A stretch of DNA of 63,283 nucleotides, filler included, from Anaerolineae bacterium (GTDB lineage Bacteria; Chloroflexota; Anaerolineae; Epilineales; Epilineaceae): the NCBI GenBank assembly GCA_029262755.1. It is 4 parts of 4 records of this genome, joined end to end, with 100 filler letters (N's around TTAATTAATTAA, not from the genome) between each part and the next. Parts side by side here need not be neighbours in the genome. Positions count along the whole stretch, not along the records: positions 13,147 to 40,537 come from JAJCYU010000303.1; 3 more parts are not named here. The stretch is one strand, 5' to 3'. The notes under the pieces are model-generated. The model searched no databases. It was given only the letters and a program-made list of their open reading frames with translations, and was not told the DNA's origin. The position numbers and the translations under genes were made by a program. Positions 28,923 through 39,165 of this stretch are shown piece by piece; within the stretch, counting starts at the first letter, position 1; each line of letters starts with the position of its first letter.

Positions 28923-29648
28923 ATGTATAGCTTCCTGATCAGCGCCGGTCTCGGCGGCGCGACCTTCGCCGTGGTTTGGCGTGCGTTGGGCTACCACTGG
29001 GGCATTGCCCTTGGCTTGGGGCTCGTCGTAGCGATGGCGGTGTGGCTGGCGATGACCTGGTGGGCCAACAAGCAGTTGGAGAAGCGACTGCCCGCGATCG
29101 AGGCGGCGCTGACCGACCAGAGCGCGGAGCTCGCCGTCGAGCTGCTTGAGGATGCGCGCGGGCTCCAGAAATGGTCCTATCCCGTCGGTCTGGCCATCGA
29201 CGGCCAGCTCGGCGTCATCCATTTCGCCCACAAACAAGACCTCGAAGCCGCCCAACCCTTGCTGGAAAAGGCCTTCGTCAAGAACTGGCAAGCCAAGGCC
29301 ATGCTCGCGGCGCTGCACTACAAGCGCAAGCAGTACGACGAGATGGAGAAGGTCTTCGAAGAGGCGATCAAAGCCAACAAGCAAGTGCCGATGCTCTATG
29401 CCGCCTTCGCGTGGGTGGAGGCGCGACGCCGCCGTCGCGACGAAGCCGTCGCGATTCTCGAACGCGGTCGCAAGGAAATGCCCGACGACGAGGACCTCAA
29501 GCGCGCCATGGGCGAATTGCAGTCGGGCAAGCGCATCAAGATGACCGCTTGGGAGCCCGAGTGGTGGGCGCTCCACTTGCAGCGTCCGCCCGCGCAGATG
29601 GTCGGGGGCGGCCGCAAGGTGCAAGGCCGCTACATCCGCCGGCAATGA
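28923..29648 (+). CDS. Membrane protein with two N-terminal TM helices and TPR-like helical repeats
   Basis: Hydrophobic N-terminus; AQPLLEKA, MEKVFEEAIKAN and AVAILERGRKEMPDD are TPR-like. Confidence 0.7.
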   Translation: MYSFLISAGLGGATFAVVWRALGYHWGIALGLGLVVAMAVWLAMTWWANKQLEKRLPAIEAALTDQSAELAVELLEDARGLQKWSYPVGLAIDGQLGVIHFAHKQDLEAAQPLLEKAFVKNWQAKAMLAALHYKRKQYDEMEKVFEEAIKANKQVPMLYAAFAWVEARRRRRDEAVAILERGRKEMPDDEDLKRAMGELQSGKRIKMTAWEPEWWALHLQRPPAQMVGGGRKVQGRYIRRQ

Positions 29649-29652
29649 GCTG

Positions 29653-30765
29653 ATGCCCCCCGAAACCGAGAGCGCCGCGTTCGGCCGAGCTTTGCTCTTC
29701 TCGCCGTTCACGTTGCGCGGTCGCACCTTCGCCAACCGTGTGGTCATGGCGCCCATGACCCGGCGCAAGGCGGCCGATGACGGCGTGCCCACGCCGGCGA
29801 TGGCCCGCTACTACGCGCGCCGCGCAGCGGGTGGCGTCGGCCTGATCGTCAGCGAAGGCGTGGCCATCGACGAGACGCATGCCTTCGACACCCCGACGGT
29901 GCCACGGATCGTCACGCCCGAGCAGATCGCGGGCTGGCGGCGGATCGTCGAGGCCGTGCACGAGGCCGGCGGCGCATTCGCCCCGCAGCTGTGGCATACC
30001 GGTCGCCTGGCGGCGGACCCGATCGGCCCCGCCGACGAGCCGCCGCGCGAGCACAGGGGCCGGCAGCGCCCGGCTGTGCGCGCAATGACCGAGGCTGACT
30101 TCGCCGACGTGCTCGACGCCTACGTCCACGCGGCCACGGCGAGCGCCGCGATCGGCTGCGACGCCGTCGAGATCCACGGTGCCCATGGCTATCTGCTCGA
30201 CAGCTTCCTCGACCCACGCTTCAACACCCGCGACGACGCGTGGGGCGGCGATGCCATCCGGCGCATGGCCTTCCCGCTGGCCGTGACCCGCGCCGTGCGC
30301 GCAGCCGTCGGGCCGGACCGGCCGTTGATCTATCGTTTCAGCCAATGGCAGGTCGAGGACTACACGGCGCTCAAGTGGCGCTCGCCCGAGGACCTCGCCC
30401 CGTTCGTGGAGGGCCTCCGCGCCGCGGGCGCGGACCTGCTACATGTGAGCACCCGCGACGCGACGGCGCCCGCTTTCCCGGATCACGGGCCGACCACCCT
30501 GGCAGGATGGACGCGCCGCCTCTGCGACCTACCCACGATCGCGGTCGGTGGCATCGGCCTGCGCCGCGACGGCGACGCCGCGGACGCGCCGATCATCGTC
30601 GCCGATCCCGGCCCGGCGCTGGCGCTTCTCGCGAACGAAGAGGCCGACATGCTCGCCGTCGGCCGCATGCTGATCGCCGAGCCGGACTGGGCGCGCCTCG
30701 TACGCGACGGCGCCTGGGACACAGCGCGGGCGTATGACCCGGAGCAGCTCGCGACGCTGGAGTGA
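29653..30765 (+). CDS. NADH:flavin oxidoreductase (old yellow enzyme family)
   Basis: NRVVMAPMTR, YYARRAAGGVGLIVSEG, QLWHTGR, EIHGAHGYLLDSF, RFSQW and AVGRMLIAEPDW. Confidence 0.95.
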   Translation: MPPETESAAFGRALLFSPFTLRGRTFANRVVMAPMTRRKAADDGVPTPAMARYYARRAAGGVGLIVSEGVAIDETHAFDTPTVPRIVTPEQIAGWRRIVEAVHEAGGAFAPQLWHTGRLAADPIGPADEPPREHRGRQRPAVRAMTEADFADVLDAYVHAATASAAIGCDAVEIHGAHGYLLDSFLDPRFNTRDDAWGGDAIRRMAFPLAVTRAVRAAVGPDRPLIYRFSQWQVEDYTALKWRSPEDLAPFVEGLRAAGADLLHVSTRDATAPAFPDHGPTTLAGWTRRLCDLPTIAVGGIGLRRDGDAADAPIIVADPGPALALLANEEADMLAVGRMLIAEPDWARLVRDGAWDTARAYDPEQLATLE

Positions 30766-31046
30766 GGCCGCCTCCGGTTCCAACCGGAACGTGCTGGGAT
30801 GAGGCTGCGCCCTTCGCGCTCGCCCTGCCGGCGTCGGCTCGCTCGCAGCCGCATCATCGTCGAGTCTGCGGACAATAGAGCTCGCGGACCGTAGCGCTTG
30901 GGTTATGCAGTACACTGGTTGGGCCGTCCCCTTGTGCTTGGACGCGACGTCCAACCCGGAGCGGCCCCCGCCCGCGCGGCCTTGCGACGCCGATCGCCGC
31001 GATGGCAGAAATCACGAATGGGCCCCAACACGCGGAGGTGTATGCC

Positions 31047-31688
31047 ATGCGGACCATCCTTAGGACGTGGACGCCTAGGGCTGTGCTTGCCGCGGTTGCT
31101 GCGGTGCTTGTTCTCGTGCTGGTTGGACACGTGCGTTCGGACCGCGCGTCCGCACAGCCGCGCGGAGAGGTCCTGCCGTGGACGGGCGCGTGGTGTGGGA
31201 TGACCCAAGACGGGGGGCGGATCCTATTTTCCGTCACGGACGAAGCCTCGCTGGTGCGTGAACTGCGCATCTTCACCCGCAAGGGCGATCTCGCGGCCGC
31301 CGAGGACGAGCCACGGCCGTCGGCACGGATCGAAGACGATTCCTTCATCTACCGCCGCGACCGCGAAGAGCAGCGATGTCGCACGGTCGGCAGCGGGCCC
31401 GGACCCATCCGAGGTCCGATCTGCAGGCAGGCACCCTGCGATCCGCCGCGCCGTCCGCCCGAGCCCTGCCGCAGCGCGCCCTGCGCCCGGCCCACGCCCG
31501 AGCCTCCGCCGCGCCAGATCTGCGACACGGTGGTGCTGAACGAGATTCTGATCCGCGGCTCGGTCACGGCGGCGGATTCGGTGGTGGGCAACTACAGCTT
31601 CCTGGCCGGTCGCGCGCCGGGCCGCAAGGTAGTCGGGTCCTACGTCGCCTGGCCCGTGGCGCTGGCCCCCTGCCCAGCGCCGCGCTGA
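31047..31688 (+). CDS. Hypothetical exported protein with a Cys/Pro-rich insert
   Basis: GGAGG SD; signal peptide with ASA-Q cleavage-like site; two CRxAPC motifs. Confidence 0.65.
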   Translation: MRTILRTWTPRAVLAAVAAVLVLVLVGHVRSDRASAQPRGEVLPWTGAWCGMTQDGGRILFSVTDEASLVRELRIFTRKGDLAAAEDEPRPSARIEDDSFIYRRDREEQRCRTVGSGPGPIRGPICRQAPCDPPRRPPEPCRSAPCARPTPEPPPRQICDTVVLNEILIRGSVTAADSVVGNYSFLAGRAPGRKVVGSYVAWPVALAPCPAPR

Positions 31689-31969
31689 GCGCGACGCGTC
31701 GAGGGGCGTGTCGAGGGACGTGGGTTGTCGGATACGGTTGGGGCTACCGATCGACGCTCGAAGCATCGGCATGAAAGGGTGAGCGTTCGAAGGAGTCGGG
31801 TAGGCGATCCCCATCCCGATCACGGGTTGCCTCTCGCCCGGGCGGTGGCATCGCATCGCGTGAACGCGGCTTGGACTACAAGAGGCTAGGTTAGGACTAC
31901 GAGCTAGGGGTCGCAGCCGACGGTACGGATGGCGAGAGCCGATCTGCTCGGAGCCCGCCCACCCCAAAG

Positions 31970-33403
31970 CTACGGCGCTGCCGGCTTCTCCAGCCAGGGC
32001 AGCACGATGCGGCTCGTCCAAGGATGCGTCGCGCCCGGCGTGCTTGTCGCAGTGCCCGCGGTTCCGGGGCTGCCGGTCGGTCCGGCCGTAGCGCCGACCG
32101 TCGGCGTCGCGCCCGAGCCTTCCGTCGCCGTCGCCGTCGCCGACGCCGTCGCCGATGCGGATGCGAACGGGGTCGCGGACGCCGTCGGGAAGGCCGTCGC
32201 TGTCGGTGTGCGCGCGATGCGCGCTTCGAATTCGCCGCAGTCTTCGGCGCGACGGCCGGTGCGATGGATGCACACTTCCGGGTTGTCCGCCGACAATGTG
32301 GTGAGCCGGAGCTCGCCCTGATAGAGGTAGACGTCGGGCAGCGGCGCGGGCGAGAACGTGAGGATGCGGCCGCCCGTACCGGCCGCGTCCGTCAGCACGC
32401 GAGCCGCAAAGGTCAGCGACAGATCGTCCATGGGCCTCGTCACATCCTGCTCGAGCACGACCTCGTTCGGGAAGCGAGGCGGTAACACGTGTGCGCTCGG
32501 CTGCGGCGAGCCGGGGACCACAGTGAAGGTTTCGCGTTGGAGGGCGTCACGGTAGGTCCACCACGTGAGTCGCGCGCCGCCCCGGCTGGTGAGGACCCGC
32601 GCGACGACCAGAGCGATGTCCAGCTCCGGACCGGTCAAGATGCGGCAGCTCCCTCCGACAATGCCGATGGCGCACAGCAAGGGCATCGCGGTGGGCGACG
32701 AGGGCGCGAGGACAACCGTTACGTCGGCCGCGCCGCGCAAGGAGGCCATCGTGGACGGGATGGTCGGGAGTCCGGAAGGCGCGCCTGTGGGGATGCCGCC
32801 GCCGTCGAAGATCAACACGACCGGACGCAAGGTGGGGGAAGCGTCGATGATTGCGGTGTAGCTCTGCGCCAGGCTGCGGCGCCACGCGGGATCGTCCGCA
32901 GCGCTGCCTTCCGGTAGGTCGCGCGCAAAGCGGGCCAGCGCGTCGCGCCCTTCCTCGCCGTCGCGCCAGGGCGAGATCGACTCGTCTTCGGCCAAGACGT
33001 CCACGGTCGCCACGGTGGTGCCGTTCTCGAAGGGGAGGGCGCGGGCCAGGTCGGATAGGGCGAAGCGTAGGGCCTGTGCGGTGCGGTCCGGTCGTCCGCC
33101 CGCCACGATCAGCAGCGCAAAGGCGGGCGCCTCGGAGCGGCAGTCGTAGCGTAAGCGAACCGTAACGCTCAGCAACGCGCCGGGCCCGACGATGCGCGGC
33201 TCGACGTGGCGGCTCAGCGCGGCGCCGCAGGGCTCCGCAATAACGCCTTGGCGCACGAAGGCGGCTTCGCCCGGGCGTGACGGGAGCGCTGCCAACGAGC
33301 CAACGACACAGACGACAAGGAGCGCGAAGATCGCGACGATCGAGGTGGTCGTGCGGATGCTTCGAACAGGACCTGAAGGCGTGTCCCCACTTCGTTGCTT
33401 CAT
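31970..33403 (-). CDS. Exported protein with a degenerate vWA-like domain, AT/PT linker and LP-type tail
   Basis: Hydrophobic IVAIFALLVVCVVGSLAAL; Rossmann-like strands without a DxSxS motif; ends SRIVLPWLEKPAAP. Confidence 0.6.
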   Translation of the reverse strand: MKQRSGDTPSGPVRSIRTTTSIVAIFALLVVCVVGSLAALPSRPGEAAFVRQGVIAEPCGAALSRHVEPRIVGPGALLSVTVRLRYDCRSEAPAFALLIVAGGRPDRTAQALRFALSDLARALPFENGTTVATVDVLAEDESISPWRDGEEGRDALARFARDLPEGSAADDPAWRRSLAQSYTAIIDASPTLRPVVLIFDGGGIPTGAPSGLPTIPSTMASLRGAADVTVVLAPSSPTAMPLLCAIGIVGGSCRILTGPELDIALVVARVLTSRGGARLTWWTYRDALQRETFTVVPGSPQPSAHVLPPRFPNEVVLEQDVTRPMDDLSLTFAARVLTDAAGTGGRILTFSPAPLPDVYLYQGELRLTTLSADNPEVCIHRTGRRAEDCGEFEARIARTPTATAFPTASATPFASASATASATATATEGSGATPTVGATAGPTGSPGTAGTATSTPGATHPWTSRIVLPWLEKPAAP

Positions 33404-33531
33404 GGCTCCGATCCCCCGGCCGCGCGGTTTCAAACGCCGCGTCGAATCCGGGCGTTTGTCAATGCGGACCGAACGCCCGCACGCGTGCTTCGGGAACCAA
33501 GTCGCGATCGGGGTCGCGTGGGGGACGCGCC

Positions 33532-35097
33532 CTACGCCGGCTGCTCCGTGGGACGCGGGATGCGGCGCTGGATATCGAGCAGGTCGAGCAACCATGCGCG
33601 CGGGTCGTCCGGCGTCGGCAGCGGGCGCTGGAAGATCGGGGTGAGGAACTCGGTGGCGAGGGCGCCTTCGCTCAGGATCCGGTTGAAGGTCTCCACGGTG
33701 CCGTTCCACTGCAGCACGACGGCGTCGAGGTAGGCGTCCTCACCGGTGACACGCCACATCTCGGCGGCAGAGAGGATCGATTCCATCCAGTGGATCAGGT
33801 CGCCGACCTTGTACTTGTACTCGGCTTCCTTGCGCCAGCCCTTGACCTGCAGCTCTTCGAGCAGCGCCCTGGCTCGTTCCACCATCTCGGCCGCGGGCAA
33901 CGAGATCGGGAGATCGAGCTGGTCGAGATACTCTGCCCAGTCGAAGAAGGGCGGCCGGCGCAGGGCGCGCATGTCCGCGTGAATCTCGTTGCGGACCCGC
34001 TCGACGAAGGCATCGCGATGCAGCGTGTCGAGACGGCCTTCCATGTCACCGGGTGTATCGGCCTCGAGATAGCGCTGCGCGTGCTTGTCGGTCATCAAGG
34101 TGTTGATCGTGTAGTGGCCGTCGAAGACGGGCAGCACGAAGGAGTCGATGGCATTGCGGCCGATGACCGACTCGGCCAAGAAGCCCTTCGAGCCTGCGAC
34201 GAGCAGGTTGTGGCCGAGCAGTTCGTTGACGCGCAGCAACAGCCAGCTCTTCAGCTGCGTCCCGTAGAACTGCAGGAAGGGGCTCTCGGCGCCGAGCGCG
34301 ACGTTGCGGTACAGCTGCCACTCGTAGAACGCGGCGCGAATGACGATCTGATAGACCTGGCGGTGCACGTTGCTGAACTCGATCGGGTGCTGACCGAAGA
34401 TCTGCTTGCTGGACAGATGCTCGATCGCGGCGGGGATGGATTCGCGCATCATGGCGACACCGGTATAGGTGCATTGCGGGCGGCTGATGTTGGCCATGCG
34501 CTGGATGATCTGCAGACCTTGGCCCGGCCGGCCGACCAGCTGACCCGGCCCGTCGATGTCGAAGGTGGTCAGCACCATCCGGTCGAGCACGTGGGTCTCG
34601 AGCCGCTGCCAGTTGCTCGTGCTGCTACGCGGCACGAGGAACAGCGACAGCGAGCGCGGTCCGCTTGTGGTTGGGTCGATCTTCGCCACGACCACATGCA
34701 TATCGGCGTGGAAGGAGTTGTTGATCAGCCACTTTTTGCCCTGGACCTGATACATCCGATCGTCGGGATCGCCGATGGGCGTTGCCTGCGTATAGGCGCT
34801 GAGCAGATCTGAGCCGAGATGCTCTTCCGTCCAGCCGAGGGTAAAGAGCTTGTCCTTGTGCTCCTCGGCCAACGCATGCTCTTCCGCGGCGACGAGCAAG
34901 GAGTACGCGAGCGTCGATGCGCCGAGGGCGATCGACTCGCTGTTGACGTCGCCGCTCAAGCGCGAAAGTGAATGAACCACCCCAAGCAGGCTGAACTCGG
35001 GGTGGATGTGGTCGTAGATCTCTCGTATCTCGCCGCGCATGCGATCGAAATCGACGATCTGACCGAATTGCGGATCCTGGATGTATTTATGGCCCAC
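33532..35097 (-). CDS. Acyl-CoA dehydrogenase family protein (divergent)
   Basis: LGWTEEHLGSDL, YQVQGKKWLINN, LSLFLVP, LVGRPGQGLQI, QIFGQHP, VAGSKGF and PVFDG. Confidence 0.82.
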   Translation of the reverse strand: MGHKYIQDPQFGQIVDFDRMRGEIREIYDHIHPEFSLLGVVHSLSRLSGDVNSESIALGASTLAYSLLVAAEEHALAEEHKDKLFTLGWTEEHLGSDLLSAYTQATPIGDPDDRMYQVQGKKWLINNSFHADMHVVVAKIDPTTSGPRSLSLFLVPRSSTSNWQRLETHVLDRMVLTTFDIDGPGQLVGRPGQGLQIIQRMANISRPQCTYTGVAMMRESIPAAIEHLSSKQIFGQHPIEFSNVHRQVYQIVIRAAFYEWQLYRNVALGAESPFLQFYGTQLKSWLLLRVNELLGHNLLVAGSKGFLAESVIGRNAIDSFVLPVFDGHYTINTLMTDKHAQRYLEADTPGDMEGRLDTLHRDAFVERVRNEIHADMRALRRPPFFDWAEYLDQLDLPISLPAAEMVERARALLEELQVKGWRKEAEYKYKVGDLIHWMESILSAAEMWRVTGEDAYLDAVVLQWNGTVETFNRILSEGALATEFLTPIFQRPLPTPDDPRAWLLDLLDIQRRIPRPTEQPA

Positions 35098-35206
35098 GTT
35101 GGCTCCCTCGTTGGAGGCGGAAGGATACCACGCGCCGCAAGAGGACCCATGCCGATCGCCTACCGGCCTGCGTCGCGTGTTGCTATCGACGGCAGACCCC
35201 GTGAAA

Positions 35207-37012
35207 TCAGCTTTCGCGGCGGACGATTGGTAGGTAGATCATCGGCGCCGAGGGAATGGCCGTTGGTTCCACGCCGGCCGTAGGCGTTGATGCGGCCGTC
35301 GCCGTAGCCGGCGGCGGTGCGGTCGCGGTGGGCGGGACGGGCGTCGGCTCGCGCGTTGCGGTGGCGGTGGGCGTCGCCGTGGGCGGGGGCGCGAAGGGTG
35401 GTCCGATCTTGAGCGCGAAGCCGTCCAAGAGGCCGGCACGCTCCGGCTGCGCGGCGGACACGGAGGGAAAGTCGCTCGAGTCCGTGCGGCCGGTCAGGTA
35501 AATGGAACCCTCTCCGTCGATCGCGACGCCGCGTGGCACGTCGAGGGCACGGGCGGAGACGAGGGTGCTGAAGAGCAGATCGTCCAACGTCGGATTGAAG
35601 ACCGCCACGAAGCCGTCCACCGCACCGCCGCGCCGCAGCGGCAGCGCGTCGACCATCGGCAGGTTCGCGGAGGCCGTACAGCCGGCCACGACCACCCGGC
35701 CCTGCGGATCGACGGCAAGCTGGGTGACGAGATGCTCCTGCAGCACATCCAGACGTTGGATCGGCGACGTGACTACGGGCAGACAGTCGTCTTCGGCGCC
35801 GGTACCGCCGAAGTAGGTTGCGGCCTCCAGCGCCGAACCGTCCGCGCTGATCCGGACCACGAAGACGTCCGAGTCGCCGCGGCGAGAAGGTTGGAAGGGG
35901 TTGATGCGCGGGAAGTTCGGTGAGTCCGTCCGGCCGGCAACATAGGTCACGCCGTCCGCGCCCAGCGCCACCCCCGTTGCGGCATCAAAGGTGCGTCCGC
36001 CCAGATAGCTCGCGTACTCGAAGGACTGCCCGTCGGGTGCGATGCGCGCCACGAAGCCGTCCGCGTCGCCGCCGAAGGTGCGCTGGAAGGGATCGGCGAT
36101 GCGCAGATTGCGCGAGGACGTGGCCCCGACGATCGTCGCCGCTCCGCGCGCGTCCACCGCGATCGCACGGCCCTCGTCGCGGTCGCTGCCGCCCAGGTGC
36201 GTGCTCCACGCGATGGCCGAACCATCCGGCGTGATCTTGGTGATGAAGGCATCGCGAATGCCTCGGTTGAGCGGGTAGATGGCCTTCTCGGCCGGAAAGT
36301 GGGAGCCGGTCCAGCCCGTGAGATACGTCGCGCCCTCCGCGTCCACGGCGATGTCCGTGGGCCGGTCGCGGCCCGTGCCGCCCAGGAAGGTGCTCCACAG
36401 GAGCGAGCCGCCATCCGGTGCGAAGCGGCTGATGAACAGATCGCCCGACCAGACGGAGTCGGCGAGGTTCAGCTTCGGCTGGAGCGCGTCGACCGTGGGA
36501 AAGTTTTCGGAGTTCGTGATGCCTGCCACGGTGACGGAACCGCCGGGACCCAGCGCGATGGCAAGGCCCTCGTCCTCGCGTACGCCGCCGAGGTACGTGG
36601 CCCAGATCAAGCTCGCGCCGTTGGGTGCAATCTTGGCGACGTAGGCATCGCTGAGCAGCCCAGAGTTTCCTAGCTCCATCTGCAATGCACCTGCGGTCGC
36701 GCGATCCGGAGAACTCGTGGAGCCCACCACGTAGGCGTAGCCCTCCGCGTCGACCGCGATGTCCCACAGTTGATCGTCGCGCATGCCGCCCGAAAACGTG
36801 CTGTATGCCATGCTCGCAGCGGGCGCCTGCGGTGGCATGGCGGTGGCCTGCGCCGGTGCGAGCGCCGCGGATGTTCGGGTCAACGCGCGGTGCGATGCGG
36901 GCTGCACGATCGGCGCGGCGGCGGCCGCGGGTACAACCAGTGCCAAGAGCCCGAGGAAGGCGAGCAGGAGGAGAATTTTTCGCCGTGTAGACAAGGGTCG
37001 ACAGAGGGTCAT
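35207..37012 (-). CDS. Exported SBBP (seven-bladed beta-propeller) repeat protein with PT linker and IYLP tail
   Basis: Repeats of the form STxLGG-x-x-x-D...IAVDxxGxxYVxGxTxSxNFP...DAFVxKI; ends MIYLPIVRRES. Confidence 0.9.
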   Translation of the reverse strand: MTLCRPLSTRRKILLLLAFLGLLALVVPAAAAAPIVQPASHRALTRTSAALAPAQATAMPPQAPAASMAYSTFSGGMRDDQLWDIAVDAEGYAYVVGSTSSPDRATAGALQMELGNSGLLSDAYVAKIAPNGASLIWATYLGGVREDEGLAIALGPGGSVTVAGITNSENFPTVDALQPKLNLADSVWSGDLFISRFAPDGGSLLWSTFLGGTGRDRPTDIAVDAEGATYLTGWTGSHFPAEKAIYPLNRGIRDAFITKITPDGSAIAWSTHLGGSDRDEGRAIAVDARGAATIVGATSSRNLRIADPFQRTFGGDADGFVARIAPDGQSFEYASYLGGRTFDAATGVALGADGVTYVAGRTDSPNFPRINPFQPSRRGDSDVFVVRISADGSALEAATYFGGTGAEDDCLPVVTSPIQRLDVLQEHLVTQLAVDPQGRVVVAGCTASANLPMVDALPLRRGGAVDGFVAVFNPTLDDLLFSTLVSARALDVPRGVAIDGEGSIYLTGRTDSSDFPSVSAAQPERAGLLDGFALKIGPPFAPPPTATPTATATREPTPVPPTATAPPPATATAASTPTAGVEPTAIPSAPMIYLPIVRRES

Positions 37013-37300
37013 GCGTGCTCCAACGTTTCAAGGCCGGGCGCCGGACACGCGAAATGACGGTCCGAGACTTCCGGCGGCAAGCTGACGGTAGCAGCGTGCA
37101 CGATCCGCGCCGGTGACAACGGGGTTGATTCGCATGCGCTACGGCGCGCTAGGAAGCACCGCACCCACGTCGTCGCCAACAACAGGAGCGGCGCGCGCAA
37201 CGTTCGTGCCGTCGCTGCAACCATAGGACGGTGTTGGGTGGCCGAATCTTCGGTCCCGCAGCTGTCGCGGCGCGCGTCAGGAGCACCGGCCCCTGACGTG

Positions 37301-38080
37301 CTACCGGTTCTGCTCCCTGCGCACGAAGAGCGCCGTGCCCACCACCATGAACAGCACGAAGAGCACGGCGATCACCGCAAGATCCATGGTGGCCGAGGAG
37401 GCGAGGGCCTCCGCCCGTTCCGATTCGGGACGCCCCGCGTACACCGCGTGGCGCATCAGGTCGACGGGATAGCGCATGGGCGACATGAGCGACATGACGC
37501 GCAGGAAGGAACTCAGATCCTGGATCTGGTTGAACACGCCGGCCAGGAAAAACTGCGGCAGGATCAGGAACGGAAAGACCTGTTGCGCGGTGCGTTGGTT
37601 GCGGATGTTGGCCATCACGATCAGACCGAATGCGCCGCCGAAAAGACAGGCGATGATGGCGGCCGGCACCGCGAGCGCGATCTGCGTGCCCGTCAGGCGC
37701 AAACCGAGCAGCAGCCCGATGAGGACGATCGCCGCTCCCTGGGCCAGCGCGACGAGGGATTCGCCGAGGATCTTTCCGAACACGATCGCGTAGCGGGAAA
37801 TCGGCGCCACGAAGATCGCCTGGCTAAAGTCGTTCTCGCGGTCCTCGATCAACGACACGAGGCCCATCGCGCTCGACTGCCACATTGTCTGCGCTAGGAC
37901 ACCGACGAGGACGAAGGTGCGGAAGTCGAAGGCATCGCCGATCATCGGCGCGAAGGCGCCGCCGAGGATCACGATGAACACGAGCGGGAACACGAGCGTC
38001 GAAGCGATGCGCAGCGGATCGCGCAGGAACTTGAGCAGGTCGCGGGCCGCGATCGCGGCGATGGCATGGAGCTGCCTCAC
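37301..38080 (-). CDS. ABC-2 type transporter permease
   Basis: IAARDLLKFLRD, IEDREND, APISRYAIVFGKILG, FFLAGVF and SPMRYPVD; multiple TM helices. Confidence 0.92.
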   Translation of the reverse strand: MRQLHAIAAIAARDLLKFLRDPLRIASTLVFPLVFIVILGGAFAPMIGDAFDFRTFVLVGVLAQTMWQSSAMGLVSLIEDRENDFSQAIFVAPISRYAIVFGKILGESLVALAQGAAIVLIGLLLGLRLTGTQIALAVPAAIIACLFGGAFGLIVMANIRNQRTAQQVFPFLILPQFFLAGVFNQIQDLSSFLRVMSLMSPMRYPVDLMRHAVYAGRPESERAEALASSATMDLAVIAVLFVLFMVVGTALFVRREQNR

Positions 38081-39153
38081 GCGTCTTCCTCCATCGTGTG
38101 CTCGACGATCTGAAGATAAGCGTCCTCGAGGGTCGGCGTGTGGGTCTGGACGACGGTCAGCGGGGTATCGATGGCCTTGAGCAGCGCATGGATCTCTCGC
38201 CGAGCCACATCCACGCGGAAGCGCGCAGCATCCTCTCCGTCGCGCTCGTCTTGGCTGCGCTCGCGCCAGACCACGTCGCGTGATGCGAGTTCGGCGCGAA
38301 GCGCGTCGCGGTGCTCCGGTGCGCAGTCGAGCAATAGGTAGCGCTCGACGAGATCGCTCTTCACGTCGTCAGGACCACCGATCGAAACGACCCGGCCATT
38401 GCTGAGGATGCAGATCGTATCGGCACGCTCGGCTTCCTCAAGATAATGCGTGGTGAGGAAGAGCGTGGTGCCGGCCTCTTTGCGCACCTGCCGCAGGTAG
38501 GCCCAAAGGCTGCGCCTGCTCTGCGGGTCGAGCCCGGTCGTCGGCTCGTCGAGAAAGAGCACGCGGGGTTTGTGGATCAGGCTGCGGATGATCTCCAGCT
38601 TGCGCTTCATCCCCCCGGAAAAGGTGCGGACCGGCTTGAAGAGATCGTCCTCGATCCCCAGGATGTCGGCCAGCTCGCCGACCTGTGTCCGATAGGCGGC
38701 AGGCATGAGGCGATAGCCCGGCCGGAAGCCGTACAGGCCGTAGAGCACGGCGTGAAGCCGGATGTTTTCTTCGGCAGTGAGGTTCAGGTCGAGGCTCGGC
38801 TGTTGAAAGATGATGCCCGCCTCAGCGCGCACCCGGTCCGCCGCGTCCGCGACATCGTGGCCGCCGATCTCGACACGTCCCGAGGTCGGCCTGAGCGTCG
38901 TGGTCAGGATCGAGATCGTCGTCGTCTTGCCGGCGCCGTTGGGGCCGAGCAGCGCAAACAGCTCGCCCGGTTGGACGGCGAACGAAACGCCGTCCACCGC
39001 GTTGACGGACGCACCGTCGTAGCGCTTGACGAGGTTATCGACCATGACGACGGGCGGATGGACTCCGTCGCGGTCGCTGTCGAGGGCAGCGGTCGAGCCC
39101 ATAGGAGGGTGCACGTCCCCGCGATCCACGTTGTTGCCATCGACTACGTTCAT
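38077..39153 (-). CDS. ABC transporter ATP-binding protein (DrrA-like exporter)
   Basis: Walker A GPNGAGKTT, signature FSGGMKRKL, Walker B LFLDEPTTGLD, TTHYLEEA and PTLEDAYL. Confidence 0.95.
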   Translation of the reverse strand: MNVVDGNNVDRGDVHPPMGSTAALDSDRDGVHPPVVMVDNLVKRYDGASVNAVDGVSFAVQPGELFALLGPNGAGKTTTISILTTTLRPTSGRVEIGGHDVADAADRVRAEAGIIFQQPSLDLNLTAEENIRLHAVLYGLYGFRPGYRLMPAAYRTQVGELADILGIEDDLFKPVRTFSGGMKRKLEIIRSLIHKPRVLFLDEPTTGLDPQSRRSLWAYLRQVRKEAGTTLFLTTHYLEEAERADTICILSNGRVVSIGGPDDVKSDLVERYLLLDCAPEHRDALRAELASRDVVWRERSQDERDGEDAARFRVDVARREIHALLKAIDTPLTVVQTHTPTLEDAYLQIVEHTMEEDA

Positions 39154-39165
39154 CGCCGGCCTCTC

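Noticed and set aside
31870..31910. Third heptamer-like tract (GGACTAC twice, 21 nt apart)
   Set aside because: Too short and degenerate to distinguish from chance.
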